The notes: generated by a model from the sequence alone, not told the origin. 64,000 nt of DNA from an uncultured Nitrososphaeraceae archaeon (GCA_963779615.1 CAVZZA010000001.1:384001-448000); one strand, 5' to 3'; positions 30,896 through 42,362 are shown, counted from the first letter of the stretch. Program-made: numbers and translations.

Positions 30896-31228
30896 TTAAC
30901 CAGTACTATTTGTGCCTCCTGTTTCAAGTGCCTGGTACTCCTGTAGGTTTCTCAATATGTGGAAGGCTGCAAGTGTTTTTAGTGCATTGTCTTTATCCAA
31001 ACCCTGAACTTTGTGAATTACATCACTCACTGAGGTATCCTGGCTTAACAACGGAAATTGCGATTTTATTTCACTTATTTTTTGTTCTACATTGATGTTG
31101 GGTTGATTTGTCCCGGTTGCGTTCAAGGGTTGCTGGGCAGCCGCCATGCTTAGGGGGTTGGCCACAAGTATTGTGGTTGCCAACAATATTACTGATGCAA
31201 TTGCGAAATAGTCTTTTGTGTTTGACAT
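30896..31228 (-). CDS. secreted hypothetical protein
   Basis: Signal peptide, 110 aa. Confidence 0.75.
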   Translation of the reverse strand: MSNTKDYFAIASVILLATTILVANPLSMAAAQQPLNATGTNQPNINVEQKISEIKSQFPLLSQDTSVSDVIHKVQGLDKDNALKTLAAFHILRNLQEYQALETGGTNSTG

Positions 31229-31633
31229 TACCTTATTATGGTGATGTTCTGTATTAGAGTATTTTTAAATGCGCAAATAATTATAATTATGTGTGTATTT
31301 GTTGCCCAAATAATTAATACTGTCAACGAATAAAAATTTTCTTGTGAATAAAAAATATTATTCCATTTAATAAATACCAGTTTCATTTGAGAATGTTGTT
31401 AGAATGGATAAATTATGTTAAAAAACAAAATGTAATTATTTTGTTAATACCAGGGAAAAGGGTTCTATAGTAACAGGCACAAACAAATCGTATGAACTAT
31501 TAATTTATAATTTAACTTAAATTTCGGGAAATTGGTTTAAAATAACCAAACTGTTGTTGCAAACAGTTTGGGTGGATAATATGTTATTTGGATTATTTGT
31601 AACATTTACTCAATTTAAAAAAAGAGAAACAAT

Positions 31634-31864
31634 TCATGAGATTATCCTTGCTATCGCCGATTTTATTTCTCTCTCTTTGCACACGGGACATCGCATATTT
31701 TCACTGTTAAGACGTATACTACCTGTTAATTCGTAAAAAGTTATCTTCCACAAGCAAGATTTACACTTTATAAGATGTTTAAATGGCAGATTAATGCCAT
31801 TATTGTTTGAATCATTTGTTTCCAATAAGGTATTTATTTGTCTATGGACAAGACTCAATTGCAT
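31634..31864 (-). CDS. small zinc-ribbon protein
   Basis: CKSC...CPVC. Confidence 0.65.
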   Translation of the reverse strand: MQLSLVHRQINTLLETNDSNNNGINLPFKHLIKCKSCLWKITFYELTGSIRLNSENMRCPVCKEREIKSAIARIIS

Positions 31865-32501
31865 CTTATGTACTGTACTTTGACAATATAACTAATTTCT
31901 AATGGGCCATTTTGCCATGAAATGCGCCATTTATGTCTACTAGTCAAAACAGATTTGTCAAAGCCACAGATCAAAGATAAACTGCAGATCATTACTTTTG
32001 CACGTATAAAAATCCAGCATATTGTATTTATACAAAGTAGACATAGGCATCTTCTTTATGGTATGTTGTTTTGAAAATTCAAGACTCCAAAAATTGGATT
32101 AAGGGGATACTCTGAAGTTTTTATTTTTATCCATTACTAAGAACAAACATAGCTTAATTCGTTACAGGCTGCATCTGATTTATCCATTTTAATAGGGCAA
32201 TCATAATTACATAATTATATCAGTTTTTAATACTAGTAAAATGGACGGCAAGAGAACATTCAATCATTTTTTCTCTCTATTCCTACATACAGTAAAATTT
32301 CAAAAAATAAAAATGAACGTTCCTAGTTTTAAATAAATCAATTTCTGTAATTTACTCTCTATCGCAAAATCGATATAAGAAAATTAATTCACTTATTTTC
32401 ACACAAAGATCAATTTTTGCGCATTCAAAATCCTTTTTATAAAAATCAAGATAACATTGATTATGGATTATTATCAACATAAAATAAAAAAGAAACGAAT
32501 C

Positions 32502-32524
32502 ATTACGATGGTAACCATCGTAAT
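32502..32524. promoter_or_regulatory. 23-bp palindrome, operator-like
   Basis: ATTACGATGGT-A-ACCATCGTAAT, 60 bp upstream of ORF 32584. Confidence 0.5.
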
Positions 32525-32583
32525 TATCGTGTAGATGAAAGAGAATTTGGCAAGTCTAAATTGAAAGGTGTAGGGAAAAAATT

Positions 32584-32835
32584 ATGAATATTGCCGTAAC
32601 AGAACAACAAATCTTAATCGAGGCAAAGACAAGTGGCAGTTATGGGAAAAAGAGCATCTCTTACCATGTCATAGAGTCTCCTCACGGTCTGTGCCTAAAC
32701 AAGACAGAAATAATATCAGCGCAGATACAAGCATGTGAAGGACTATTAAAATATGCAATGGATGAAACCGATTTGAGCGCCATTGAAAAGGAGATTTTGG
32801 AGTTAAGATTCGCCCTAGACCTTATTAGTTTTTAA
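32584..32835 (+). CDS. hypothetical protein
   Basis: 83-aa ORF with a helical C-terminus (IEKEILELRFALDL). Confidence 0.65.
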   Translation: MNIAVTEQQILIEAKTSGSYGKKSISYHVIESPHGLCLNKTEIISAQIQACEGLLKYAMDETDLSAIEKEILELRFALDLISF

Positions 32836-33148
32836 ATATGGATTTTGAAAATGGAACCAAAATTTAAGGATCTGAAAAATCATTGTTAACACAACAAATA
32901 GCGTCCAACAAATATTAAATAATGATACTTTTGTTTGTAAAGCGTTACAAGTAAATTACATTTGATCACAATTTTAACAAGACCCAAGTCGAGTATTTAC
33001 CATTATAGAGTACAATAAAATATTCAGTTTTTGCAAACACTTTGTTAGGATAACTCTGCATACTCCATCATAATTAACCTCATTACCTGGAAAAATTGCA
33101 TACAATGTTACATTTTGTCATATTTAGTAATTTTTAATATATTTTTCA

Positions 33149-34639
33149 TTGAATAGAAGTAAAGTGGGATTTATTAATAAGATATTTAGAAAACGGAATG
33201 AAAATGACCTCTCAAAAGGGGTCAGAGGTAATGAATCGGAAGGATCATTGACAAAACAAAATGAGGCAACGTCCCCTATCGAGAAAACCCCTGCCACCAC
33301 TACTGCCGCCACCACCACCATAAATTGGTCATCCCTATATAAGAAGGAGGATTGGTGGGCTGTTTGGATTGGATTGACAATATTTGCTCTGTCCCTTCCC
33401 TCTTATTTTGGTGTATATCTTTTGGGATGGATTCCCGTAGCCAAACCTTGGGCAGACATCAATCATGCTCTTAGCACAAAAGTGTTTGATCCATGGGTTG
33501 GCCTATTGGCAAGTTTTGTCTTTCTTGCGCTCATAATGCTACCTGTAAATCGATTCAACGGAGTTAAATCTAAAGACTGGTTTAAGGGTTTTTTCGTAAT
33601 CTTCTTTTCGGCATGGATTATCTGGTTACTCTCCAACTATTCACCTATCGTAAAGGTTATCGGAAGTGCGGAGGTCGGATACGTAATAGCATTGCTAGCC
33701 GGAATTGTGATTACAAATTTGTTACGCATACCCTCATGGCTGAAGGATTCGGCAAGGGGGGAACTATTCATAAAGACCGCAATAGTAATTTTTGGGCGCC
33801 AAGATTTTACTTACGACTTTTGTAACCAGCGCCCCCACCATTTTAGCAGCAGCCTTTCTCTCCTTTCCAGTTGTATGGGTAGTTGCATTCCTCATTTCAA
33901 AAAAAATTGGCCTTGATAAGAACTTTTCAGCAACCCTCTCTTCAGGAGTAGGTATCTGTGGTGTTTCCGCATCAATAGCAACAGCTGCAGCTATTGAGGC
34001 CCCAGCAATTTATTCTACCGTTATTTCCTCCATTATTGTAATTTTCTCCGCAATAGAAATTATATTGATGCCTTTTATCGCAGCTGCTTTCTTCCCAACT
34101 AATTTTGATGCAGCAGGAGTTTGGATGGGACTGAGTGTGAAAACAGATGGAGCTGCATCAGCAAGTGCGTCTGTGGTTGATGGCCTCATTAAGGCAAATG
34201 GATCGGCATTAAATGCAGCGGTAATCACCAAAGTAATGATTGACATTTGGATTGGGGTGATATCATTTTTACTTGCAACTGTATGGACGTACAAAATTAG
34301 AAAGAAAACCAATACAAATACAAGCCCCAGGGTCCTTTGGTAAGATTTCCAAAGTTTGTGATCGGGTATATTGCCACTAGTGCTGTGCTATCGGCGATTG
34401 CACTCACACATGCTTCAGTTGCAGAGGGGGCAAAAGCAGTCGCACCAGTAATATCATTTGGAACAGAGCCGTTAAGGACTGCGTTTTTTACCTTTACGTT
34501 TTTTGCCATAGGACTTGGCACTCAATTCTCAAAATTCAAGGAGATCAATCTCAAAAAGCCAGTAATTGCATATGCGGTTTCCTTACTCATCGCCATAGTT
34601 TGGGGAGGGATAGTTTCATATCTACTATTTGTAAAATGA
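33149..34639 (+). pseudogene. YeiH / putative sulfate exporter family membrane protein, two frameshifts
   Basis: EDWWAVWIG, ELFIKTAIV|GAKI, GICGVSASIA, (W)RFPKFVIG; extra T near 33790 and a missing base near 34342. Confidence 0.88.
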
Positions 34640-35677
34640 TTTTCAAAATGTTGACAAGACACAGATAGTTGCCCTCTTTGATTACATCCTTTTTAGTCAA
34701 AAGTCAGGCAACTAAATTGGCTTGCATGAGTATTAGGACTCGATTGAATCCCTATGGACATTTATAACAAATTCTTTTTCAGATCCAAACCCAAAAACAA
34801 TATAAAAACTTTCATGGCAAATTTATCGAGAATGATATAACTTAACCCCTACTTAATACTTGATTTTATTACATCAGATCAATTTTTGATCTGAATGTGA
34901 ATATCGAAATATTAGTTCAAGGAGGCTCATGAATACCGATTTTTTTCGTACAATAAAATTAAAAATTTACTAATTACTGTTCCATTTTTTAGTACTTGTT
35001 TTTTTTTGTACCGCTTTTTTTTAATAGTAGTCCCACCATATTTTTTTGATATTTTTTTTATAGCACACACTTGGTTGTTTTTTAGGAATTCAAGTAACCC
35101 TTGGTTTTTTGTTTGTCTGTACTTTTGCACAGGTAACATAGTGTTTAATTTAAATAAAAAGGATTTTGAATGCGCAAAAATAATCACAATGGTGCAGAAT
35201 TAATATAGCATGCGAACCAAAAAAAACATACATCCTCTATACAGTAATAAAAATAAAGGGACTGAAACAATACCCAATGTTGTATGTTTTACTATTTTTT
35301 AAAATAGCATTATGGTGTTTTGCAATTTATTCTAGATCTGTTCCTTTAAGAAAATACCATTTCATTTTGATATTCAAGTAGTTTCAAATAAATACATACA
35401 AAATAATTTTGAATGGATTCAAGAAGCATTATTCAACAATTTTGGGTGCCTTCAATATGATAAACTAACTAATATTCGCAAGATACAATCAACAAATCTC
35501 CTTGTGGATAGCGCTCAATTATTCATTAATATACTTTTTGCTATATGTTCATATCACATATACATCTTGAAAATATTATACATATTCATGTAGATATATG
35601 CAAATTTCGCATATATTTTACATTTTTTTCATATTTTTTAGATAAATTTAAATAGCTTCCGGGGCACACTATACCAA

Positions 35678-36046
35678 ATGAACAATACAACTACTTCCAT
35701 GTTAAAAAACCAGCAGTACTCTGGCTGCATCGAGAGCTGCAACGAATGCATGATGGCCTGTGAGGCCTGCTGCACCGAATGCATGACCACGTCAAACACC
35801 CAGATGGCTGGGATGATGGGAAGGTGCATGATGATGTGCAGGGACTGCGCCGACATGTGCAGGATGGCATCCATGATGATGTGCAGGGGAAGCGAGTACG
35901 CAAAGCAGGTGTGCAACATGTGCGCCGACATGTGCGAGGCATGCGCAATGGAGTGCGAGAAGATGGGCGACAAGATGGAGGTGTGCAAGCAGTGCGCCGA
36001 CATGTGCAGGAAATGCGCACAGGAATGCAGAAGCATGATGAGGTAA
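35678..36046 (+). CDS. Cys/Met-rich four-helix-bundle copper storage protein (Csp3/DUF326-like)
   Basis: Repeated CxxxCxxC; CADMC, CEACAMEC, CADMCRKCAQEC; no signal peptide. Confidence 0.9.
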   Translation: MNNTTTSMLKNQQYSGCIESCNECMMACEACCTECMTTSNTQMAGMMGRCMMMCRDCADMCRMASMMMCRGSEYAKQVCNMCADMCEACAMECEKMGDKMEVCKQCADMCRKCAQECRSMMR

Positions 36047-36951
36047 CTTTTTATTTTTTTACTTTTTTCAATTACAGAAACTGGCACAGCATAGAGAACC
36101 AAATGTCTACACCCTTTTTGTTTTAAAAAATGCCGATAATTTTCCTGTTTGCCATTTGAATAGAGTTCCTTTAACTGTTCCTAAATAACCTGATTCTACA
36201 AACATGCAGAAATTGAGTGTTTTTGGAAAAATCGTCATATTATTTTATTGTCATTGACGGCTTTTAGAAATTGATATTTAAAACAAAATCACTACTAAAC
36301 AAAAATATATTTATAAAAGGATGATATATCCTGTAATAATTTTATAGATGGCGTTTAACTACCATAATATGCATACATACATTGCATATACACGCCATCT
36401 CTTGTGCAAGCCAAGTCACATACCAAAACACACCTCATGCAAATCTGGACCATGTTTATACACCTCATTGCTATGGGTCTCAGTCAAACTCCACTACACC
36501 TACGGAGGTAAGTATCATGGATACAGGGACACTTACCAAAACTGAGGCCCATAGTTCTTACTTTTGCATATTGCATAGAATTTGAATATTCAAATCCTGT
36601 TAAAATTTTTATGCTATTGTAAATACCTTTATGTAAATGCATCAACCACTAGTAACGTTTTTTTTAAATTGATTTAGAGAAATTTGCACTATGACATTGA
36701 CGCGATTATGTGGTTATTTACAACCTTTGATTATCATGTTTAAATTAAGTAATTTAATTAGTAACCCATAAAAATAGAGGGAACAACGATCAAATTAGGA
36801 GAAAAGGAAAATCTGTCTTTGCATCGTGTTTTCAGCAACAGTATAATAGTTATTTATTTTTTATTTTTGTAAGGCATGATATGACAGACCAATCGGACAC
36901 CAAAAAGAAATTTTGAGGCATTAGCGATTACTACTGCTTATATGGAGGGGG

Positions 36952-37236
36952 TTATGGGTTGGCACTGCCTTTGTATGTCGTGGATTGCGGGTCGGTCCTA
37001 CTACCATCATCATTTCCCTCATTTCTATCATAACATGATCCCTTATCGTTTAAATCGCAGTATACATTGCCACTACACCCATTTGCACCCGCTGAGCAAT
37101 CATATTCTGAACTGGAAATGTGCTGTATGTTTTTGTTAGCAAGTGCAGCAGCGCTTGATGGAACTGCAATTGTTACAACAGACAGTATTGCTAATGTCGC
37201 AATTATGACAATCATCACCAATAATTGTTGTATCAT
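36952..37236 (-). CDS. small secreted Cys-containing protein
   Basis: Signal peptide, four Cys, CYDRN motif. Confidence 0.65.
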   Translation of the reverse strand: MIQQLLVMIVIIATLAILSVVTIAVPSSAAALANKNIQHISSSEYDCSAGANGCSGNVYCDLNDKGSCYDRNEGNDDGSRTDPQSTTYKGSANP

Positions 37237-38072
37237 ATAATATTAAAGGCAAACAAATATATAAACGAATCCTTCAAATGCCAAGGATTTACTTTATATT
37301 TATTACATTAAAAAAGTTATTTTATCATATAATTATAAATTACAACACATATTTAACAAATCTCATTAATGCTTTTAACCTAAAAAAGCATGATTTTTTA
37401 CACCTATACTCAGATTAACGTGACCTGTGAATTTCTTCGAGGATTCAGAAAAACCCCGCCAATAGTCGAATCCTTCTGAACAGACACAATCAGAAATCCA
37501 GTTAGAGATTTGTTTGCGAGCGTTCTATCAGGTTAACAGGATCCCTTGAGAAGAAATTTTAGAAAGACAGGCAAATAGTCAAAGTTCGACTAAAGAAGAA
37601 TATCGATTAACAACCACATTACAGAACATGTAATTCACACCATTATCAGAATGGCTAAAAAATGCAATTTTAACACGAGATTTGCGAATGCCGTCAGACC
37701 TTTTCATTTCTCCATTATTGATTTTGAAACTAATGAAAATACATGCATATACCAGTTTGAAAAAAATCCGAAGCAACAAAACATGGACCTCTGTTCCTTT
37801 TATTCCAGATTGCCAAAAGTTGCAAATCTTATAAAAAAGTCCTTTTGAATATTTAACATAATGATTTCACAATAAATGATTATGAAAAAATGGAGGAATT
37901 GCCAAAACCATCAATATTTCCATAATGACGGCATGAGAATAAAACATTTCTCTTGAAATGCTTTCATTATTTGATGTGGAAATAAGCCAAAAAAAATTAT
38001 ATCATCTCATCTTTAGTACAGTATTCTTCTCCCTACACTATAAATATTTGAATATTATTTAATTTGAACGGG

Positions 38073-38118
38073 TGAACCTACAAGTAGCTCTAAAGGGTTC
38101 AAGTCCCCCCCCTTCGTC
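38073..38118 (+). repeat. tRNA T-arm-like att repeat, copy E
   Basis: TGAA-CCTACAAGTAGCTCTAAAGGG-TTCAAGTCCC; left arm matches the reverse complement of tRNA ACTCGTGGGTTCA at 11/13 nt. Confidence 0.75.
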
Positions 38119-38291
38119 AATAGTCTGCCAATTCATGTTAACGTTATAACTTGACAGGATCCATGTATGAAATGGCTGATTCGTTCCTACAGAGGTTCCC
38201 ATTTTTAAATGAAGCAATTAGTGGATTCTATTTATTAGTTCTACTTGTAAGAACAATTAATTTAAATAGTCTCATATGCTATTGGTGATGT

Positions 38292-39245
38292 ATGACAAAA
38301 ATTAGCATAGCTACATTCAATTGTGAAAATCTGTTCGCTCGGTTTAAATTTACAGCAGGCGTAAATCCAGAAGATGCCATAATTGATGGTTGGCTAGCAG
38401 ATAAAACTAAATTCACAATAAATGATGAAACATCTAAAAAACTTACTGCTTTAGCAATCAAAGAGGCTAAAGCCGATATAATAGCCTTACAAGAGGTTGA
38501 AAGTTTGTTGGCGCTACGTCGATTTAGAAACAACTATCTCAAGGGCAAGGGATATGATCATATCATAGTTTTAGATGGTAATGATCCTAGATTTATAGAT
38601 GTTGCAATCATGAGTAAATACCCTTTAGAGAACATTGATACTCATGTGGATGAGTGGAATAAGGAAATAAAATGGTATACGTTTTCCCGTGACTGTTTAG
38701 AATGCGACGTCATTCTACCGGAAAACAAAAGAATAAGACTATTCGTAAACCATTTCAAATCAATGTTTGAAAAAAATGATCCATGTAACGGGAGAAAGAA
38801 GTCCCACAGAAAAAGACAAATCCAAGCTGAACGAGTAAAGGATCTTGTTTTAGACGAATTTCCCAATGGAGAAGGTGAATACGTTATCCTTGGAGATCTT
38901 AATGATTATTTGGAAACTGATTCTCAAGGAGAAACAGCTATTGATGAAATAGCTAATTGGAACATGGTTGAAAACGTTGTAAAAAGACGACCATCAGAGG
39001 ACCAATGGACTCACTATTATGAAGGCAATTCTCAGTGCGGCTTTCCAAAAACATACAAACAACTAGATTATATACTGCTATCTAAAACATTAGCTGACGC
39101 AAATTTACCTTCAATTCCAAAGATTATTCGCAAGGGACTTCCCATAAACGCTGATAAGTACACTGGCCCCAGGTTCGAGGGAGTTGGAAATAAAAAACCA
39201 AAAGCATCCGATCATTGTCCTGTTGTTGTGGAAATCAACATATGA
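38292..39245 (+). CDS. endonuclease/exonuclease/phosphatase (EEP) family protein
   Basis: ATFNCENLF, ALQEVE, GNDPR-ID, FSRDCL, NHFKS, GDLND, LDYIL, SDHCPV. Confidence 0.95.
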   Translation: MTKISIATFNCENLFARFKFTAGVNPEDAIIDGWLADKTKFTINDETSKKLTALAIKEAKADIIALQEVESLLALRRFRNNYLKGKGYDHIIVLDGNDPRFIDVAIMSKYPLENIDTHVDEWNKEIKWYTFSRDCLECDVILPENKRIRLFVNHFKSMFEKNDPCNGRKKSHRKRQIQAERVKDLVLDEFPNGEGEYVILGDLNDYLETDSQGETAIDEIANWNMVENVVKRRPSEDQWTHYYEGNSQCGFPKTYKQLDYILLSKTLADANLPSIPKIIRKGLPINADKYTGPRFEGVGNKKPKASDHCPVVVEINI

Positions 39246-39420
39246 TCTTTTTAAGATATATTAATTTAAAAATCCAGCAACAGATTCTATGTCGTCATCA
39301 ATTGTTTTATTTTGTGTCTCCTAATGAACTTTTTATTGAAATAGGACAGTTAAACAAGTTTTCGCCTTTATGTTCCTGATCTATCTTGCAAATTCATCCA
39401 ATTCCTTAATGTAACTAAAC

Positions 39421-39454
39421 AAACCACCCGTTTGAAAGACAAAGGTTCAAATTC
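39421..39454 (+). repeat. tRNA T-arm-like att repeat, copy J (degenerate)
   Basis: CACCCGTTTGAAAGACAAAGG-TTCAAATTC; followed by the same downstream block as copy D. Confidence 0.55.
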
Positions 39455-39705
39455 AAACTTGGTATGATTTAATTTTTTAAAAATAACTTTGGGGCTTTGG
39501 CGACTACACACATTAACAATCAATCAATATGATTGATTACAACACGGATGTCAGCATGAGAATGGATAAAATGGGTTTTAATAATTGAAAAATCGCACTT
39601 AACAGTCTACTGGAATTTACATTTCCTTATATGGATGCCAACGATTTGTGTTTCTTATTTGTTTTATCAAATTTCAACAAGTGAAATCTTTAATATCTTT
39701 GGCTA

Positions 39706-40242
39706 ATGTACATAGTAGCAGAGAATATGGAAGCTGTTGATTGCATTGCAACCAAGCTTGACATAAGAGAATACAGTAATGAGGATGTTCCGGCGAATAT
39801 AAGGTCAAGTATTCTTGAAGCAGCCAGGCTAACGGGCACAGGCCTTAATACTCAACACTGGAGATTTGTTTTGGTTAAGGATAAAGACAACCTCAAAAGG
39901 TTGGCGGAGGATAGCACAAGTGGAAAATGGGTTGCTGGTGCTAATTTTGCAATAATAGTATTAACAAATCCAAAATATGGTTTCCACATGATTGATGCGG
40001 GGAGAGTCTTGCAGAATATGCAGTTGGCAGCCTGGGATCAAGGAATAGGTTCTGGTTTATTCACGGGTGTAAAAGAAGAAAAACTTAGGAATGACTTTGC
40101 AATTCCGATGGATCTTAATCCCGCTGTTATAGTGGGTTTTGGATATCCTGTTAGGAAACTGACGGGTAAAAGAAAGAATCGCCTACCACGTGATGATCTA
40201 GTTTTCTATGAAAAATATGGTAGAACAAATGAACAAGTGTAA
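39706..40242 (+). CDS. nitroreductase family protein
   Basis: ILEAAR, NTQHWRFVLV, IDAG-LQNMQLAAW-GIGS, GFGYP. Confidence 0.93.
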   Translation: MYIVAENMEAVDCIATKLDIREYSNEDVPANIRSSILEAARLTGTGLNTQHWRFVLVKDKDNLKRLAEDSTSGKWVAGANFAIIVLTNPKYGFHMIDAGRVLQNMQLAAWDQGIGSGLFTGVKEEKLRNDFAIPMDLNPAVIVGFGYPVRKLTGKRKNRLPRDDLVFYEKYGRTNEQV

Positions 40243-40444
40243 TTCTTTATAATCCAAAAGGATATTATACGAATCTAATAAAAAGTCCAATAATATTGTA
40301 TCATTCCACCTTAATTCCAGAGCTTCATATTGTTAATGAGTTTTTGCTGTTCTATTGAAGTAACATAAAAAAGGAATTATTCTGGCCATCAATTTTTGGG
40401 TACGGGAAATTAATAAAAAGGAGAATTTTTTTGACCTGGTATTA

Positions 40445-40806
40445 CTATCCTATAAAATCTTCGGATTCAAAGTCAACAAAGCCTATAAAGTCAACATCCT
40501 CGCATTTATTTTTCACTGCATCTAATACGTTTTGCAAATTGTCTCTTATGTCATCTTACTTCCTGCTATCTTACCTTCTTGAAGTTCGTCCTCTAGTGTG
40601 GCCTTCCCATCTGAATCAAGGTCTCCATAAGCCAAAGCTAGTGTTGCAAGAGCAATGCCAACATCGTTGCAGTCTACCTTCGCCTTGTCATTATTCTTAT
40701 GTTTGTCACCACCGGCATATACTGAACTACAAGAAACGCTACTAGCTGCAATCATCATTGCTATGAATAAGATTATAGTAAACAAATTGTGACTAATTTT
40801 AGTCAC
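40445..40806 (-). pseudogene. secreted hypothetical protein, frameshifted
   Basis: Signal-peptide ORF stops at 40546; another frame continues DDIRDNLQNVLDAVKNKCEDVDF... to TAG at 40445. Confidence 0.6.
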
Positions 40807-41161
40807 AAGTCTTCTTAAATCAAATCATATATAAGTTTTATTTGAATAAGGAGTTTGATTTCAATTATGGAAAATAAGGCATAATCAATTTCAAAACTTT
40901 CCAAATTCAAGGCTTAATTTAACCTGCAGATTGATAACCTGAATCTTGGCCAGGTTGATGACAATAACCTCTTTTTTTACGTAAAACATGATATCCCCAA
41001 TACAAATTCTTTATTTGCATAACCATGAATTTCGTTATTCCATGATTGAACTTTAATTAATTTAATAGACTATAGGCATAAAATCTAACAGTGATATATT
41101 GGTTCTGTTTTGCATACTTTATTTTTTAAATCGATATAGAATTGGAATCAACAATACTATC

Positions 41162-41206
41162 AGATTCCCTGTTTTAATAACAAAGGTTCAGGTCCCGCCT
41201 GCCCCT
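41162..41206 (+). repeat. tRNA T-arm-like att repeat, copy I (hairpin subtype)
   Basis: GAT-TCCCTGTTTTAATAACAAAGG-TTCAGGTCCC; homologous to copy H. Confidence 0.6.
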
Positions 41207-41321
41207 GGTTTGATTTTTTAAGAAGAAGTTGGACGTTTAGGGGCCTTATCAAATCAGAACCATTTTGCTGATCTGCTTTCATATAGCACACTTGCGCTAT
41301 TAGGATTTCCCCAAATTGCTT

Positions 41322-42362
41322 TCAAAATACTTTAGAGATTGTGCGGTTATCTGACTCATTTAGAATAACGCCTTTGCCATATAATGCATTCCTATTATTA
41401 GGATCTATTTTCAGGGCTTTGTCAAAATACTTTAGGGATTCAGAATGGTTGCCCGAAATATCCAGGGCAAAGCCTTTGATGACTAGCGCATTTATGTTGT
41501 TTGGATCTATTTTTAGGGCTTTGTCAGCATACACTATGGCTCCTGTATAGTTACCCAACTTGAACAGATAATCACCCTTACCATTCAATGCAAAAGTATT
41601 CATGGGGTTAACCGAAAGGGCTTTGTCAATGTACATCATGGCTCCAGTATTATTGCCCAGGTGATCCAGAGCCAAGCCCTTGCCATGTAGCGCATTTGCC
41701 ATATTAGAACTCAGTGAAAGGGCTTTGTCAAAATACTTTAGGGATTCAGAATGGTTGCCCGAAATATCCAGGGCAAAGCCTTGATTATTTAATAAAAGTG
41801 TGTTATTTGGATCCGTCTCCAGGGCTTTGTCAAAATACTTTACTGCTCCTGCGTAATCTTTCAGCCCATATAGAGACACACCTTTATCAAACAAAATATT
41901 TTTGCTTGTAGAATTTACTGTCAGGACTTTGTTAAAAAAACTTGTAGATCCTGTTTGATTGCCAAGATTATACAGTATTGCACCCATGCCTGTCAGTGCA
42001 TCCATATTATTGGGGTCCATTCTCAGGACTTTGTCATAGTATTTTATAGCTTCAGTGTGATTGCCTGAGGTATCTATGGATAAGCCTTTACCATGTAGCG
42101 CTTCCGTATTGTTGGGGTCCATTCTCAGGACTTTGTCATAGTATTTTATAGCTTCAGTGTAGTTTCCCAGATTGCCAAGTGATTGGGCTTTATCATTTAA
42201 AGCATAAATGTCGGCTAAGGATGTGTTTTGTGCTAATGCATTGGAAGGTAAAGGTAAACTGCTGCTAACGGTCATTACTGCCGGTATGAAAATACTCAAA
42301 ATCGACAGTCCTGTTACAAATATGCAAAATTTTAATAGATCAATTGCACTTATTTTCATCAA
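41322..42362 (-). CDS. secreted or membrane-anchored tetratricopeptide repeat protein
   Basis: Signal peptide and about 8 TPR units (YYDKVLRMDPNN, YFDKALKIDPNN), including near-identical DNA duplications. Confidence 0.93.
   Translation of the reverse strand: MMKISAIDLLKFCIFVTGLSILSIFIPAVMTVSSSLPLPSNALAQNTSLADIYALNDKAQSLGNLGNYTEAIKYYDKVLRMDPNNTEALHGKGLSIDTSGNHTEAIKYYDKVLRMDPNNMDALTGMGAILYNLGNQTGSTSFFNKVLTVNSTSKNILFDKGVSLYGLKDYAGAVKYFDKALETDPNNTLLLNNQGFALDISGNHSESLKYFDKALSLSSNMANALHGKGLALDHLGNNTGAMMYIDKALSVNPMNTFALNGKGDYLFKLGNYTGAIVYADKALKIDPNNINALVIKGFALDISGNHSESLKYFDKALKIDPNNRNALYGKGVILNESDNRTISKVF

Noticed and set aside
35638-36126. His-rich and other ORFs overlapping the copper storage gene
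   Set aside because: Shadow frames of a GC-rich Cys/Met repeat gene.
36348-36585. Two overlapping short ORFs
   Set aside because: No recognisable motifs and no basis to choose a frame.
37400-37960. Possible structured RNA or small genes (GGATTC...GAATCC stem)
   Set aside because: Short stem only and no recognisable family; more likely decayed coding DNA.
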